Shown here piece by piece: positions 38,331 through 47,940 of a DNA stretch of 64,000 nucleotides. The translations under genes and the position numbers were made by a program. The DNA is from Halarcobacter sp. (lineage in GTDB: Bacteria > Campylobacterota > Campylobacteria > Campylobacterales > Arcobacteraceae), in NCBI GenBank assembly GCA_048571215.1, contig CP182352.1, positions 1,216,001-1,280,000 of the forward strand, written 5' to 3'. Below the pieces are notes generated by a model. The model was not told where the DNA came from, did not search any database, and worked only from the letters and a program-made list of their open reading frames with translations. Position 1 is the stretch's first letter, and each line of letters starts with the position of its first letter.

Positions 38331-40874
38331 TTAGTTTTTACAATTAATCTCTCTTATTTCATCAAGTTTATTAAAAACTATATTTATATTTTTTTCTATA
38401 TTTTCTGTAGTATTTAATACTTCTTGATTTTTTGCATTTTTAGAGTAAAGGTCAATTGTATCTTGAACCAATTCATGTACATTTTTATGAGCCGCTTTTA
38501 ACTCTTGCCACTCTTTTGATTTTGCAAAAGCTTTATCTTCATGGGAATCAATCCATTTACCTAGATTACATTCATGATGAGTATCTACAGTTGTACTAAA
38601 TCCCTCTTTACATTGTATAAAGTTTGTATTTTTAAAATTAATATGATCTGATTTAAGTTTATTAACATCTATAATCATATTTGTATCACAAACTCTTTTT
38701 TGTGCACTTTTATCATATGTTGTTTGCTCTAAAATATTTTGCAGTTGTATAGCTAAATTTGAAGTATCTGATGCCATTTCACTAATATTTGAAGCTAATA
38801 TTGCATTTTGTTGGGTAGCTTGGTCCAAACTATTTACTGTATCAGAGATTTGAGTCATTGCACTCTCTTGCTCTTTTGATGCCTTTGTAACATCTTGTAT
38901 TAACTCTATTGTCATATCGATATTTTTATTTAAATCATCATATCCATCAATCATCTTAGTAGATACATCTTTACCCTCAGTAGCTTTACTTGTAGCACTT
39001 TCAACTAATGACTTAATCTCATTTGCTGCTTCTGCACTTCTATTTGCAAGGTTTCTAACCTCTTGTGCAACTACTGCAAACCCTTTACCAGCTTCTCCTG
39101 CTGTTGCTGCTTCAACTGCTGCATTTAGTGAAAGAATATTTGTTTGAAATGCAATTTGGTCAATTACTGTAATTGCTTCTGATATAGCTGAAACCTCTTG
39201 GCTAAGTTTATCCATTGATTGAGAAGTTTTAGAAGCTAATTCTTTTCCTAACTCATTTGATTTTGTAAGATTTTGTGCATATTGAGACATTTTAGTTGCT
39301 GTTTCGCTACTTTGTATAATAGTTGCAGATATCTCCTCTATAGCAGCAGCAGTCTCTTCTAATGATGCAGCTTGTGTAGTTGAAGAGTTGTTTAACTCTT
39401 TTGAAGCATCTGAAAGCTCTTTTGCACTTTGTGTTAATTCTTTGTTTGAGTTATCCATTAGACAAATTATCTCATTTATTGATGATTTTGTTACATTTAC
39501 ACCTGAGAATAATGAAGCAATCATTCCACCTAAACCATCAATTACAGGAATCTCTTTGTCGTATTTAGCATTTGACATTGCAATTAATACTTCACTTAAT
39601 TTATTTAGGTTTGATTGTAATCTGTCTAACATATTGTTTATTTCATCAACTAAAAGATTTACTTGTTCTGAATTAGCTTTACTTTTTATTCTATCATTTA
39701 ATAAACCTTGATTAACTCTTTCAATAACTTTTCTTGTTTCATTAATAACAGCTGTATCTTGTTTTAGTCCTTCATCTATTGAATCTAAGTATTTATTAAA
39801 GCTTTGTACAACATCTCCTATCTCATCATTTGAATAAACTTCTATTCTTGTTGTTTCTGCCGATTTATCATCTCTTATATTATCAATAGATTTTTTTAGA
39901 TTAAATATTGGTTTTAAAATTGTATTTTTTAGATTAAATAGTGTTATAGCCATACTTAAAATTAGTGCTATAATTAAAATAATCAATGCAATCCAAATAA
40001 TATATGTACTATGTTCCAAGGAATCATTAACAGCAGAGATAGGTCTAGCGGTTAAAGCTATACCAAGTTTTTTATCATTGAAATCTTTTATATCTACATA
40101 TGTATAAAAATAGTGATTTGTAATAAGATGTTTATTTTTTAACAATTTTTTAAAATCTATTGTTTTAGCATCTTCTAAAAACTTTTTATTGATAAATTTT
40201 TGAGAAATTACATAGTTTTTTAACATCTGTTTTTTATCAAATTGTTTTACTAAATTTGCACTATCCATTAAAAGAAGAAAGCCATCATTAATTTTATCAA
40301 ATGATTTTGCAACAGAGTTAATACCCTGCATAAACTCTAAAGAACCTATATGCTTGTTATTTGAATCAAAAATTGGAACAACAGATCTTATACTTAAACC
40401 TGCTTTACCAACTTCAAAAGTATTAACAGCTTCTTTTGTACTATTCACCTTTACAACACTTGCTCTAAATGAACTTAAATCGTCTCCATTTTTTTCAGGT
40501 TTCCATGATCTTAAAAAAGAATGGGAATCTTTTGTATGAATATGTACCTTGATATTTTTAAAAGGGGTAAATTTTTTCATATTTTCAGATAATGTTGCAA
40601 GTGCTTTAATAGCAAGTTCTCTGTTATTGGTAGATAAAGCTTCTTTTATCATATTATCATTTGCAATTGAGATTGCATTTGATATTCCCACATCAAGTTT
40701 CCCTTGAATTTTTATTTTACTGAAGTGATTAAGTTCAGTCTGCAAATCTGTTAATAGTTCTTCTTTTAAATTATTTTTTTGAATATTTAAAACAAAATAA
40801 CCAATAATTAACATTACTATTGTTACTACAACTGTAATTAGTGTAAATTTTTTTGCAATACCAAGATTTTTCAT
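38331..40874 (-). CDS. Methyl-accepting chemotaxis protein (Cache sensor, HAMP, signalling domain, C-terminal CZB)
   Basis: Start at MKNLG with AGGAG RBS; QTNILSLNAAVEAA...GKGFAVVAQEVR; DHINFK...HECNLGKW...H...H. Confidence 0.93.
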   Translation of the reverse strand: MKNLGIAKKFTLITVVVTIVMLIIGYFVLNIQKNNLKEELLTDLQTELNHFSKIKIQGKLDVGISNAISIANDNMIKEALSTNNRELAIKALATLSENMKKFTPFKNIKVHIHTKDSHSFLRSWKPEKNGDDLSSFRASVVKVNSTKEAVNTFEVGKAGLSIRSVVPIFDSNNKHIGSLEFMQGINSVAKSFDKINDGFLLLMDSANLVKQFDKKQMLKNYVISQKFINKKFLEDAKTIDFKKLLKNKHLITNHYFYTYVDIKDFNDKKLGIALTARPISAVNDSLEHSTYIIWIALIILIIALILSMAITLFNLKNTILKPIFNLKKSIDNIRDDKSAETTRIEVYSNDEIGDVVQSFNKYLDSIDEGLKQDTAVINETRKVIERVNQGLLNDRIKSKANSEQVNLLVDEINNMLDRLQSNLNKLSEVLIAMSNAKYDKEIPVIDGLGGMIASLFSGVNVTKSSINEIICLMDNSNKELTQSAKELSDASKELNNSSTTQAASLEETAAAIEEISATIIQSSETATKMSQYAQNLTKSNELGKELASKTSQSMDKLSQEVSAISEAITVIDQIAFQTNILSLNAAVEAATAGEAGKGFAVVAQEVRNLANRSAEAANEIKSLVESATSKATEGKDVSTKMIDGYDDLNKNIDMTIELIQDVTKASKEQESAMTQISDTVNSLDQATQQNAILASNISEMASDTSNLAIQLQNILEQTTYDKSAQKRVCDTNMIIDVNKLKSDHINFKNTNFIQCKEGFSTTVDTHHECNLGKWIDSHEDKAFAKSKEWQELKAAHKNVHELVQDTIDLYSKNAKNQEVLNTTENIEKNINIVFNKLDEIREINCKN

Positions 40875-41057
40875 AAACACTCCTATGTTATCTCATATAT
40901 ATCATCCAATAATATTATAGCTAAATAATATTAATCAAATAAGAAAAAGTTATCTAATAATCTTATTATAAAAATAAATAATTATTATAAATAACATATT
41001 ATGATTATTTATATCTAAAATGGTATGAAAATAATTTTTTATAGGATATGAGATACC

Positions 41058-42077
41058 CTATCCCATTGGATAAAGTATCTCTTTTTGTATTTTCTCAATT
41101 TCTGATAAAAGTTCATCATCTATTTTAAAATCAAATGCTGCTAGTGATTCATCTAGTTGAGATAGTTTTCTTGCTCCAATTATAGTAGAAGCAACAAAAT
41201 CAAAGTGTTTTGAATATGCTACAGCTAAAGTTACAGGAGATATTCCATACTCTTTTGCAAGTTCCATATATTTTGCTGTGGCTTCTTTAGTTTTTTCATT
41301 TACAAACCTATATGCTTGAGCTTGTACTCTTGGACTTTTATGTTTTGCATATGCTGTAAATCTACAACCTTCAGGATATAAGCCACTATTGTATTTCCCA
41401 GATAATACACCACCAGCAATTGGTGAGTAAGGTAGTAAAGAGATATTCTCTTCTTTACAAACTTTTGCTAATTCATCATGAAATCTTGGATTTAGCAATG
41501 AAAAGTTGTTTTGAATAGATTCAAATCTATTTAGATTTTTATGTTTTGAAATCTCATTTGCTTTCGTAAGACCATATGCACTATCATTTGATGTTCCTAT
41601 ATATCTAACTTTTCCTTCCTTTACCAACTCATCAAAAGCTTTTAAGCTCTCCTCTACTGGTACAATAGTATCTGGCCAATGCATTTGATACAAATCAATA
41701 TATTCTGTTTGAAGTTTTTTCAAACTTCCCTCAATAGCTCTTTTAATATGAAAAGAGTCAATTGCAGTAAGACCATGTCTTACAGGGGGAACAAACCAGC
41801 CTGAGGCTGCACCTGCTACTTTTGTTGCTAAAATTATTGAGTCTCGAGGTTTTGTTTTTAACCATTCACCTACTATATCTTCTGTTATTCCTATTGTTTG
41901 GGCTTTTGGAGGTACAGGATAAATCTCTGCTGTATCAAAAAAGTTTATACCCTCGTCATAAGCTTTATCCATAATTTTAAAGGCTTCTTCTTTTGTAGTT
42001 GTACTACCAAAAGTCATAGTTCCTAAACAAATTGATGTAACTCTAAGTCCGCTTTTACCTATATATCTATATTCCAT
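41058..42077 (-). CDS. Aldo/keto reductase (Tas-like)
   Basis: CLGTMTFG, FFDTAEIYPVP, DLYQMHWP and YSPIAGG. Confidence 0.9.
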   Translation of the reverse strand: MEYRYIGKSGLRVTSICLGTMTFGSTTTKEEAFKIMDKAYDEGINFFDTAEIYPVPPKAQTIGITEDIVGEWLKTKPRDSIILATKVAGAASGWFVPPVRHGLTAIDSFHIKRAIEGSLKKLQTEYIDLYQMHWPDTIVPVEESLKAFDELVKEGKVRYIGTSNDSAYGLTKANEISKHKNLNRFESIQNNFSLLNPRFHDELAKVCKEENISLLPYSPIAGGVLSGKYNSGLYPEGCRFTAYAKHKSPRVQAQAYRFVNEKTKEATAKYMELAKEYGISPVTLAVAYSKHFDFVASTIIGARKLSQLDESLAAFDFKIDDELLSEIEKIQKEILYPMG

Positions 42078-42144
42078 TTTATCTCTCCATCAAAAAGTGT
42101 TTAATTTTACTATAAAATTATTAAGGAAAAATAATCTAAATAGT

Positions 42145-43122
42145 TTACTCCATAATACAAATCTCTTTTTTAAGCATATGAATTATAGTTTGTCTTGCAA
42201 CTAAAAATACTACAATAATTGTAATTGACATAAAAATATAAGAAAGAACAGCATAAAAACTCTCACTAGTTAATTGATACATCAATATTGTAGCTATTGT
42301 TATTGCAGCCATAGGGAAAGTAAATGCCCACCAAGATATAAAAAACTTGATATTTATATAGTTTTTATACATTACAAATACTAATATAGTAAAAAACAAT
42401 GCCAAACTATATAAGATATGTGCAAAAAAATCTAAATTTGAAGTTAATTTAATATAAGCCACAAATCCAATTGCTGGTGGTGCAATAAGTATAAATAAAG
42501 TTGGCATAAATTTTGGTGCAAATTGTTTATGAAAAATGATTCTATTTAAAATAATAGCAAAAAGAACAATCCAAAAGAAAATTCCAATTGAAAAGAAAAA
42601 ATATAAAACAGAATCTGAAACAAAACCTTTTCCTGCAATAGGAACAATAATATTACCAACAATAGGGATAAACCAAGCTGGATTTGAGTGGTGAACTTCT
42701 AAATTGTTATTTATCCAATATTTAATTGTATAAAAAGTAAAAAAGAAGTGTAATAAAACACCTACAATAAAAAGTATATATGATAATTCACTTAGAGAGT
42801 GTCTAAAAAAAATAGATAATAAAAGAAGTGAAATAGATATTGCCGCAAAGAAATTTACTCTTATTGGATGGGTCATCTCTTTTTTTACCTCTTCCTTATG
42901 AGAAATGATTTTTTTTACATAAAAAAATGAAATCACAAAAAACAATCCTAAAGAGATATAACCAAAAATGTCAACAATCAAAGTTGGGAAATATAAAACT
43001 TCATGCATTTTATGAAAAACAATAGATAAACCTGTAAACCCCATAACAATCGCAAACATCATAATAGGAAAAAATTGCAACCTATCAGAGGGTATTGATT
43101 TAATATGTTCAGTTTGACTCAT
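42145..43122 (-). CDS. SLAC1/TehA family anion channel
   Basis: FAIVMG, HPIRVNFF, PAWFIP and WWAFTFP. Confidence 0.9.
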   Translation of the reverse strand: MSQTEHIKSIPSDRLQFFPIMMFAIVMGFTGLSIVFHKMHEVLYFPTLIVDIFGYISLGLFFVISFFYVKKIISHKEEVKKEMTHPIRVNFFAAISISLLLLSIFFRHSLSELSYILFIVGVLLHFFFTFYTIKYWINNNLEVHHSNPAWFIPIVGNIIVPIAGKGFVSDSVLYFFFSIGIFFWIVLFAIILNRIIFHKQFAPKFMPTLFILIAPPAIGFVAYIKLTSNLDFFAHILYSLALFFTILVFVMYKNYINIKFFISWWAFTFPMAAITIATILMYQLTSESFYAVLSYIFMSITIIVVFLVARQTIIHMLKKEICIME

Positions 43123-43177
43123 ATATAAAATCCTTTAAAGAAATCTTTACTTATAATGGTTTGAAAGAAGGAGAATT

Positions 43178-43381
43178 ATGGCTAAAAAACCACAAATCGA
43201 TTTAAAACCAATGAACTTGTCTTATCAAGATAGAGATCAAACAATAAAACTGTTAACTTTTAAAAAATCAAATATGACACTGGACATTGCCATATATGAA
43301 AATGAAAAGTTTATAAAAAACAGCAATATGGTGTTCGCGCATCTTCCCAAAAGTATTAAATCAAAGATCAAACCATTATAA
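43178..43381 (+). CDS. Small hypothetical protein
   Basis: Strong AAGGAG RBS and TATAAT upstream; ends FAHLPKSIKSKIKPL. Confidence 0.75.
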   Translation: MAKKPQIDLKPMNLSYQDRDQTIKLLTFKKSNMTLDIAIYENEKFIKNSNMVFAHLPKSIKSKIKPL

Positions 43382-43416
43382 TTTTGAATTATATATAGTT
43401 TAAGTTGAAATTATGA

Positions 43417-43977
43417 TTAAATAAACTTATGATTTGAGTATAAGTCTAGATTATAATTAAAAGCATCTAGGTAATCGATTTTAAAAAGAAAATCATTATA
43501 ATCTTTATTCATAAGCAAAGAGTGAAGCATTCTTATGGTACCTCCATGGGTACAGATTAATATTTTTTTGTTTTTAGGAAGTGAGCTTAGAAATTCTTTT
43601 ATTCTTTGTTCAAAAGACTCTAAAGACTCTTCACAAATATATGAATACCAAGTATTTATATTTTCTAAATACTCTTGTTTATAATCATCATTTTGCTCTA
43701 CTTCCTCAAAAGATTTTCCCTCTATATTTTTTTTGAATTTCATCTCTCTTAATCTATTATCACAAATATATTCATCACTTATATGTTTTACAGTATCTAC
43801 ACAACGCTTCAAATCTGAAGTATAAATTAAATCGAAGTTCTGTTTAGAAAGCAACTCTTCAATCTTTGAATGTTCAAACAACTGCATATCCAAACCAATA
43901 TCACTATCATAACCTATATATCTCTTTTGATAATTTTCAGCTACAGCTGCGTGTCTTAATAGAGTAATTTTAGACAT
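43417..43977 (-). CDS. cobC: Histidine phosphatase (alpha-ribazole/adenosylcobamide-phosphate phosphatase)
   Basis: LLRHA, SDLKRC and THGG; directly after cobS. Confidence 0.8.
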   Translation of the reverse strand: MSKITLLRHAAVAENYQKRYIGYDSDIGLDMQLFEHSKIEELLSKQNFDLIYTSDLKRCVDTVKHISDEYICDNRLREMKFKKNIEGKSFEEVEQNDDYKQEYLENINTWYSYICEESLESFEQRIKEFLSSLPKNKKILICTHGGTIRMLHSLLMNKDYNDFLFKIDYLDAFNYNLDLYSNHKFI

Positions 43978-44713
43978 AAAAACAAACTCCTAAAGCTAAA
44001 ACTATCTCAATAGTTTCTAAAATAAATCCTAAGACATCTCCATTTAAAAAACCTAAAGCTTTTTTCAAAAAAGTTGTAATAAACAAAGCAAATAAAAATG
44101 ATAAAGGGATAAAAATAAGAAAACTAAAATTGGTAAGTAAAAAAACCAAAAAACCAAAAAGTATAATAGAAATTAAAAAACTCTTTGGCTTAAAACTATC
44201 TGCCATCATTGTTACAAATGGGGATTTAAACTTAGAAAAATAGATTGTAAACTGAACACTTAACCTACTTATTATCAATATAGCTACAAGTTCTAATAAA
44301 TAGTTATGATATAAAAGATAAGAAAATCCAGCTATTTTTAAAACTACAAAGATAATTGAGTATAAAACTCCTATTGCACCAACTGTTGGCTCTTTTATGA
44401 TCTTATAGGCATCTTTGCCACTATGTTTTGCATATATTGCATCTACCACATCAAGTATTGCCTCTGTATGTATAAAACCATAAAGGATAAAATAAACACA
44501 AGTAGCAATAATAGCAGCCAATATTGGGATTGAATCAAGTAGTGAGTAAAGAAGTATTGTAAAACTTCCTAAAACTAAACCAACAAGTGGCAAGAAAAAA
44601 ACTGTATAGTTTAAAACCTCTTTTCTTGATACCTCATCATCTTTTTTAAAACTTACAGGAAGGATAGAAAAGTAACTAAATACAAATTTTAGCCCAAGAA
44701 TTATATTATTCAT
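43970..44713 (-). CDS. cobS: Adenosylcobinamide-GDP ribazoletransferase
   Basis: GFIHTEAILDVVD, IIKEPTVGA and GFLNGDVLG; multi-TM. Confidence 0.9.
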   Translation of the reverse strand: MNNIILGLKFVFSYFSILPVSFKKDDEVSRKEVLNYTVFFLPLVGLVLGSFTILLYSLLDSIPILAAIIATCVYFILYGFIHTEAILDVVDAIYAKHSGKDAYKIIKEPTVGAIGVLYSIIFVVLKIAGFSYLLYHNYLLELVAILIISRLSVQFTIYFSKFKSPFVTMMADSFKPKSFLISIILFGFLVFLLTNFSFLIFIPLSFLFALFITTFLKKALGFLNGDVLGFILETIEIVLALGVCFYV

Positions 44714-46103
44714 AAATACTCTTTTTTATAGTTTCTATATCAATTCTCTTTTTTAATTGTGAGATAAAACTATTTATAGTTTTTTGTTTATACTCTTCAA
44801 AATCAAAACCTTGATAGTTTTTATTAATGGCTTTAAAAAGTTTATTTCGTAAACTATCATTACCAAAAATTGCATGGGCAAAAGTTCCTTTGATATTTTT
44901 GTTTTCAAAGTATAAAGGGTATTTTGAAGAGTTACCGTGATGTATCTCAAAGCCATTTACTTTACAATCAAAGATTTCATACTCTTTTTTCTCTAAAATT
45001 TTCTTTTTTTCAAAGACTATCATATCATCTATAAAAGCAAACCCCTCTTCTGCTGTAGGAGTTTCATTTTCTAGGGCATACTTATCATCTAAAGAGTTAA
45101 AAAGCATCTCATAACCACCACAAATACCAAAAATCTCTTTTTTGAACTCTTTAATATTTTTAAAAAGTCCTGTTTTTTTAAGCCATAGTAAATCTTTGAT
45201 TACAAGTTTAGACCCTGGTAAAATAACCATATCATATTTGTCTAAAGGGATATTTGACTCAATAAACTCTAGGTTTATATTATCATCTGATACAAGTGGT
45301 TCAAAATCGTTGAAATTACTCATATATGGATATGAGATTACTCCCACATTTATGATTGCTTTTTCTTTGTTTTGAATATAGTTTTTTAAGCTTTGTGAAT
45401 CTTCAAAGCCAAAATTAAAGGGTGTATATGGAAGCACACCTAAAACTGGAATTTTAAACTCCTCTTGGATAATCCTAACACCCTCATCAAAAAGTGTTAA
45501 ATCCCCACGAAACTTGTTTACAATTACACCTATTACATTTTCTCTTAACTTTTTAGGTAGTAGATTATATACTCCATAAATAGAAGCAAAAACTCCACCT
45601 TTTTCTATATCTGCAATAAGTATGATTTTTGTATTGTATTCATCTGCTATAAAGATATTTGAAAGGTCTTTATCCATAAGATTAAGCTCAACAGGGCTTC
45701 CAGCTCCTTCACAAACAACAACATCATACTTTGAATCAAGATAATCAAAACATCTTTTAACAGCTGGTTTAAGTAGATCTAAATCCCTATAATATTCCCT
45801 GACATCTTTATTTGTTACAACCTTACCTTCAACTATAAGAGAAGCTGCACTACCACGACCCGATTTTAATAATACTGGGTTTAGGTGATATGAGGTTTTT
45901 ACTCCTAAAATCCCAGCTTGAAAATACTGTGCAACTGCAATCTCACTTTTATCATCACACACAAAGGCATTGTTTGAAACATTTTGTGCTTTAAAAGGAG
46001 CCACACTTAAGCCCATATCTTGGATTATTTTTGCTATTACAAAAGTAAGGGTTGATTTTCCTGCATCTGAGCTAGTTCCAAATATTGAGATATTATTATT
46101 CAT
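44706..46103 (-). CDS. cobQ: Cobyric acid synthase
   Basis: GTSSDAGKS, PFKAQN, EGAGSPVELNL and GICGGY. Confidence 0.95.
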   Translation of the reverse strand: MNNNISIFGTSSDAGKSTLTFVIAKIIQDMGLSVAPFKAQNVSNNAFVCDDKSEIAVAQYFQAGILGVKTSYHLNPVLLKSGRGSAASLIVEGKVVTNKDVREYYRDLDLLKPAVKRCFDYLDSKYDVVVCEGAGSPVELNLMDKDLSNIFIADEYNTKIILIADIEKGGVFASIYGVYNLLPKKLRENVIGVIVNKFRGDLTLFDEGVRIIQEEFKIPVLGVLPYTPFNFGFEDSQSLKNYIQNKEKAIINVGVISYPYMSNFNDFEPLVSDDNINLEFIESNIPLDKYDMVILPGSKLVIKDLLWLKKTGLFKNIKEFKKEIFGICGGYEMLFNSLDDKYALENETPTAEEGFAFIDDMIVFEKKKILEKKEYEIFDCKVNGFEIHHGNSSKYPLYFENKNIKGTFAHAIFGNDSLRNKLFKAINKNYQGFDFEEYKQKTINSFISQLKKRIDIETIKKSIYE

Positions 46104-46119
46104 TTACTATACTTCCTAT

Positions 46120-46818
46120 TTAATTTATAATTGATTTGATATTTTTTTGAATAATAGTTCTACCATTTAAAGCGATTTTCTCAAACTCTTTACTTTGGGG
46201 TTCTATTTTTTCTAACTCTAAAATATATTTTTTCTCATCAAGTTTATTTAAAGAAGTATTTAAAATCTCTAAATCATCAAATGTTATAAATCTTGAAAAA
46301 ATGAGTTTTTCAATAATACTTTTATCAAAAGATATAGCCATAGCAATATCAAAAATATCTCTTGTAAGATTGTCTTGTTTTCTGTATTTTATTTTTTTGG
46401 CGATTATATCTTCTACTGACTCATAAAAAAGTTCATAATCAATATCCAATTCTGCATCTTTTATAGGTTTATTTATAATTGCTTCATTGAGTAAGAAATC
46501 AACTTTTATATCATCTTTTGTTTTAAGTTGTATATGATGATTCATCCCATCAAATCTATACTCATTGTTATCAAATATTTTTGTCTCATCAATGTACCAT
46601 TTTGGATTTAAAAAATCAAAAAGTTGAGATTCTGTTATAAATATATCTATATCAAAAGATTTTCTATGATTAAAATGAAACATAGCCAAGGCTGTTCCTC
46701 CACCAAATACCCACCAGTTTTTTATAACTGATTGCTTTTCAATAGGAGCTAATAATTCATAATAAACACTATTTAATGTATTTATTTGCTGTTCAAAATT
46801 ATTTAAGTAGCCATTCAT
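46120..46818 (-). CDS. AbiEii/AbiGii-family nucleotidyltransferase toxin
   Basis: FGGGTAL, HRKSFDIDIF, IAKK and RDIFD. Confidence 0.88.
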   Translation of the reverse strand: MNGYLNNFEQQINTLNSVYYELLAPIEKQSVIKNWWVFGGGTALAMFHFNHRKSFDIDIFITESQLFDFLNPKWYIDETKIFDNNEYRFDGMNHHIQLKTKDDIKVDFLLNEAIINKPIKDAELDIDYELFYESVEDIIAKKIKYRKQDNLTRDIFDIAMAISFDKSIIEKLIFSRFITFDDLEILNTSLNKLDEKKYILELEKIEPQSKEFEKIALNGRTIIQKNIKSIIN

Positions 46819-47365
46819 ATTGTGAACTTACCTTTGTATTGTATTGATTTATATAATACTCATAAAGTTTTTTTAGATTTGATTTTTCAATATCATAAAC
46901 TTCACAATACTTAATAACATCCTCATAACTTACTTCATTAAAAAGTGTGATAATAGCATATTGATATTTTATATCTGTAGTTGCTGTTGAAAAAATTGTA
47001 TATAAATCATCTAAATCATAATGAAGTCGCTTATCGCTTATTGAGTTATTTATTGTTGATAAAATCCATTTTGCAGTAGATATTTTTTTCTCTTCTTTAA
47101 AAAGTTCATGATAAGGCTTTATAAAATCATACTCTTCTTTATCCAAAAACAGGTCATATTCAACTTGTTTCATTAGTATAAATTCAGGTTTTAACCCAAA
47201 AAATTTAGCAAACTTTTTTGCCGTATGTATTGTAAAACCTCTTTTCTTTTGATAAAGTTCACTGATTGTTTTTTTGCCTATTTGTAAAACTTCACAAAGC
47301 TTATCTTGAGTTATTTTATTTGGTTCTATATATTTTTCTTTTAAAAAATCTATTGGTGCTAACAT
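46799..47365 (-). CDS. HigA-like XRE-HTH antitoxin with extra C-terminal domain
   Basis: PIDFLKEKYIEPNKITQDKLCEVLQI...AKKFAKFFG...MKQVEYDL matches the HigA/VapI pattern; about 100 extra residues; overlaps the toxin gene by 20 bp. Confidence 0.8.
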   Translation of the reverse strand: MLAPIDFLKEKYIEPNKITQDKLCEVLQIGKKTISELYQKKRGFTIHTAKKFAKFFGLKPEFILMKQVEYDLFLDKEEYDFIKPYHELFKEEKKISTAKWILSTINNSISDKRLHYDLDDLYTIFSTATTDIKYQYAIITLFNEVSYEDVIKYCEVYDIEKSNLKKLYEYYINQYNTKVSSQYEWLLK

Positions 47366-47367
47366 AT

Positions 47368-47429
47368 TATTATCCTAATATGATAAGTTTTATTTAAATA
47401 ATATTATCGTAATATGATAATATTGTCAA
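47368..47429 (-). promoter_or_regulatory. TA promoter with two palindromic operators
   Basis: TTGACA-N17-TAATAT on the minus strand; TATTATC(C/G)TAATATGATAA at 47368-47386 and 47402-47420. Confidence 0.75.
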
Positions 47430-47446
47430 TGCTAATTTTGCTATTT

Positions 47447-47938
47447 CTACTTCAATCTATTTGTAAGTCCAAATTTAACTTCATACACCTCATTACAGAT
47501 TTTGGCTAATTTTTGCCCTATTATTCCAGTTAAATCTACAAATCTTCTACTATCCTTGTCAAAAGGGATTACCCCTGTGGTTACTTCATTAAGTACAAAA
47601 ACTATATTACAATCAATTTGTTCTAATTGTTCCAATTGTTTTAAAAGTTCCTCTTCTTTTTTTTCTATATTATTAAATATCCACATAGAGATACAATCAA
47701 TCAAATAGGTTTCATTCTCTTTTATCACTTTAGTTAAATCTTTTGACTCTTCTATAGTTTCGAAGTTATCTTCCCTGCTCTTTTTGTGTTTATCCACTCT
47801 TTTATGCATCTCTTTATCATCATAAGAGTTATCATAGGTTGCTATATAAAAAGGCTTGTTTGATGCAAGGCTTAAGGCTTTTACCTCCGCAAGGTTTGAT
47901 TTACCACTTTTTTGTCCACCAAAATATAAGACTTTCAT
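47447..47938 (-). CDS. cobU: Adenosylcobinamide kinase / guanylyltransferase
   Basis: GGQKSGKS, YIAT, HxxxR, IDC and NEV. Confidence 0.92.
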   Translation of the reverse strand: MKVLYFGGQKSGKSNLAEVKALSLASNKPFYIATYDNSYDDKEMHKRVDKHKKSREDNFETIEESKDLTKVIKENETYLIDCISMWIFNNIEKKEEELLKQLEQLEQIDCNIVFVLNEVTTGVIPFDKDSRRFVDLTGIIGQKLAKICNEVYEVKFGLTNRLK

Positions 47939-47940
47939 AT

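Noticed and set aside
47400..47424. Fur box at the TA promoter
   Set aside because: The GATAAT half-sites are in the opposite arrangement (ATTATC-N7-GATAAT) to the Fur consensus, and the duplication fits TA autoregulation better.
46120..47446. Insertion sequence or transposon carrying the TA pair
   Set aside because: No transposase, integrase or terminal inverted repeats; only a 6-bp AT-rich direct repeat.
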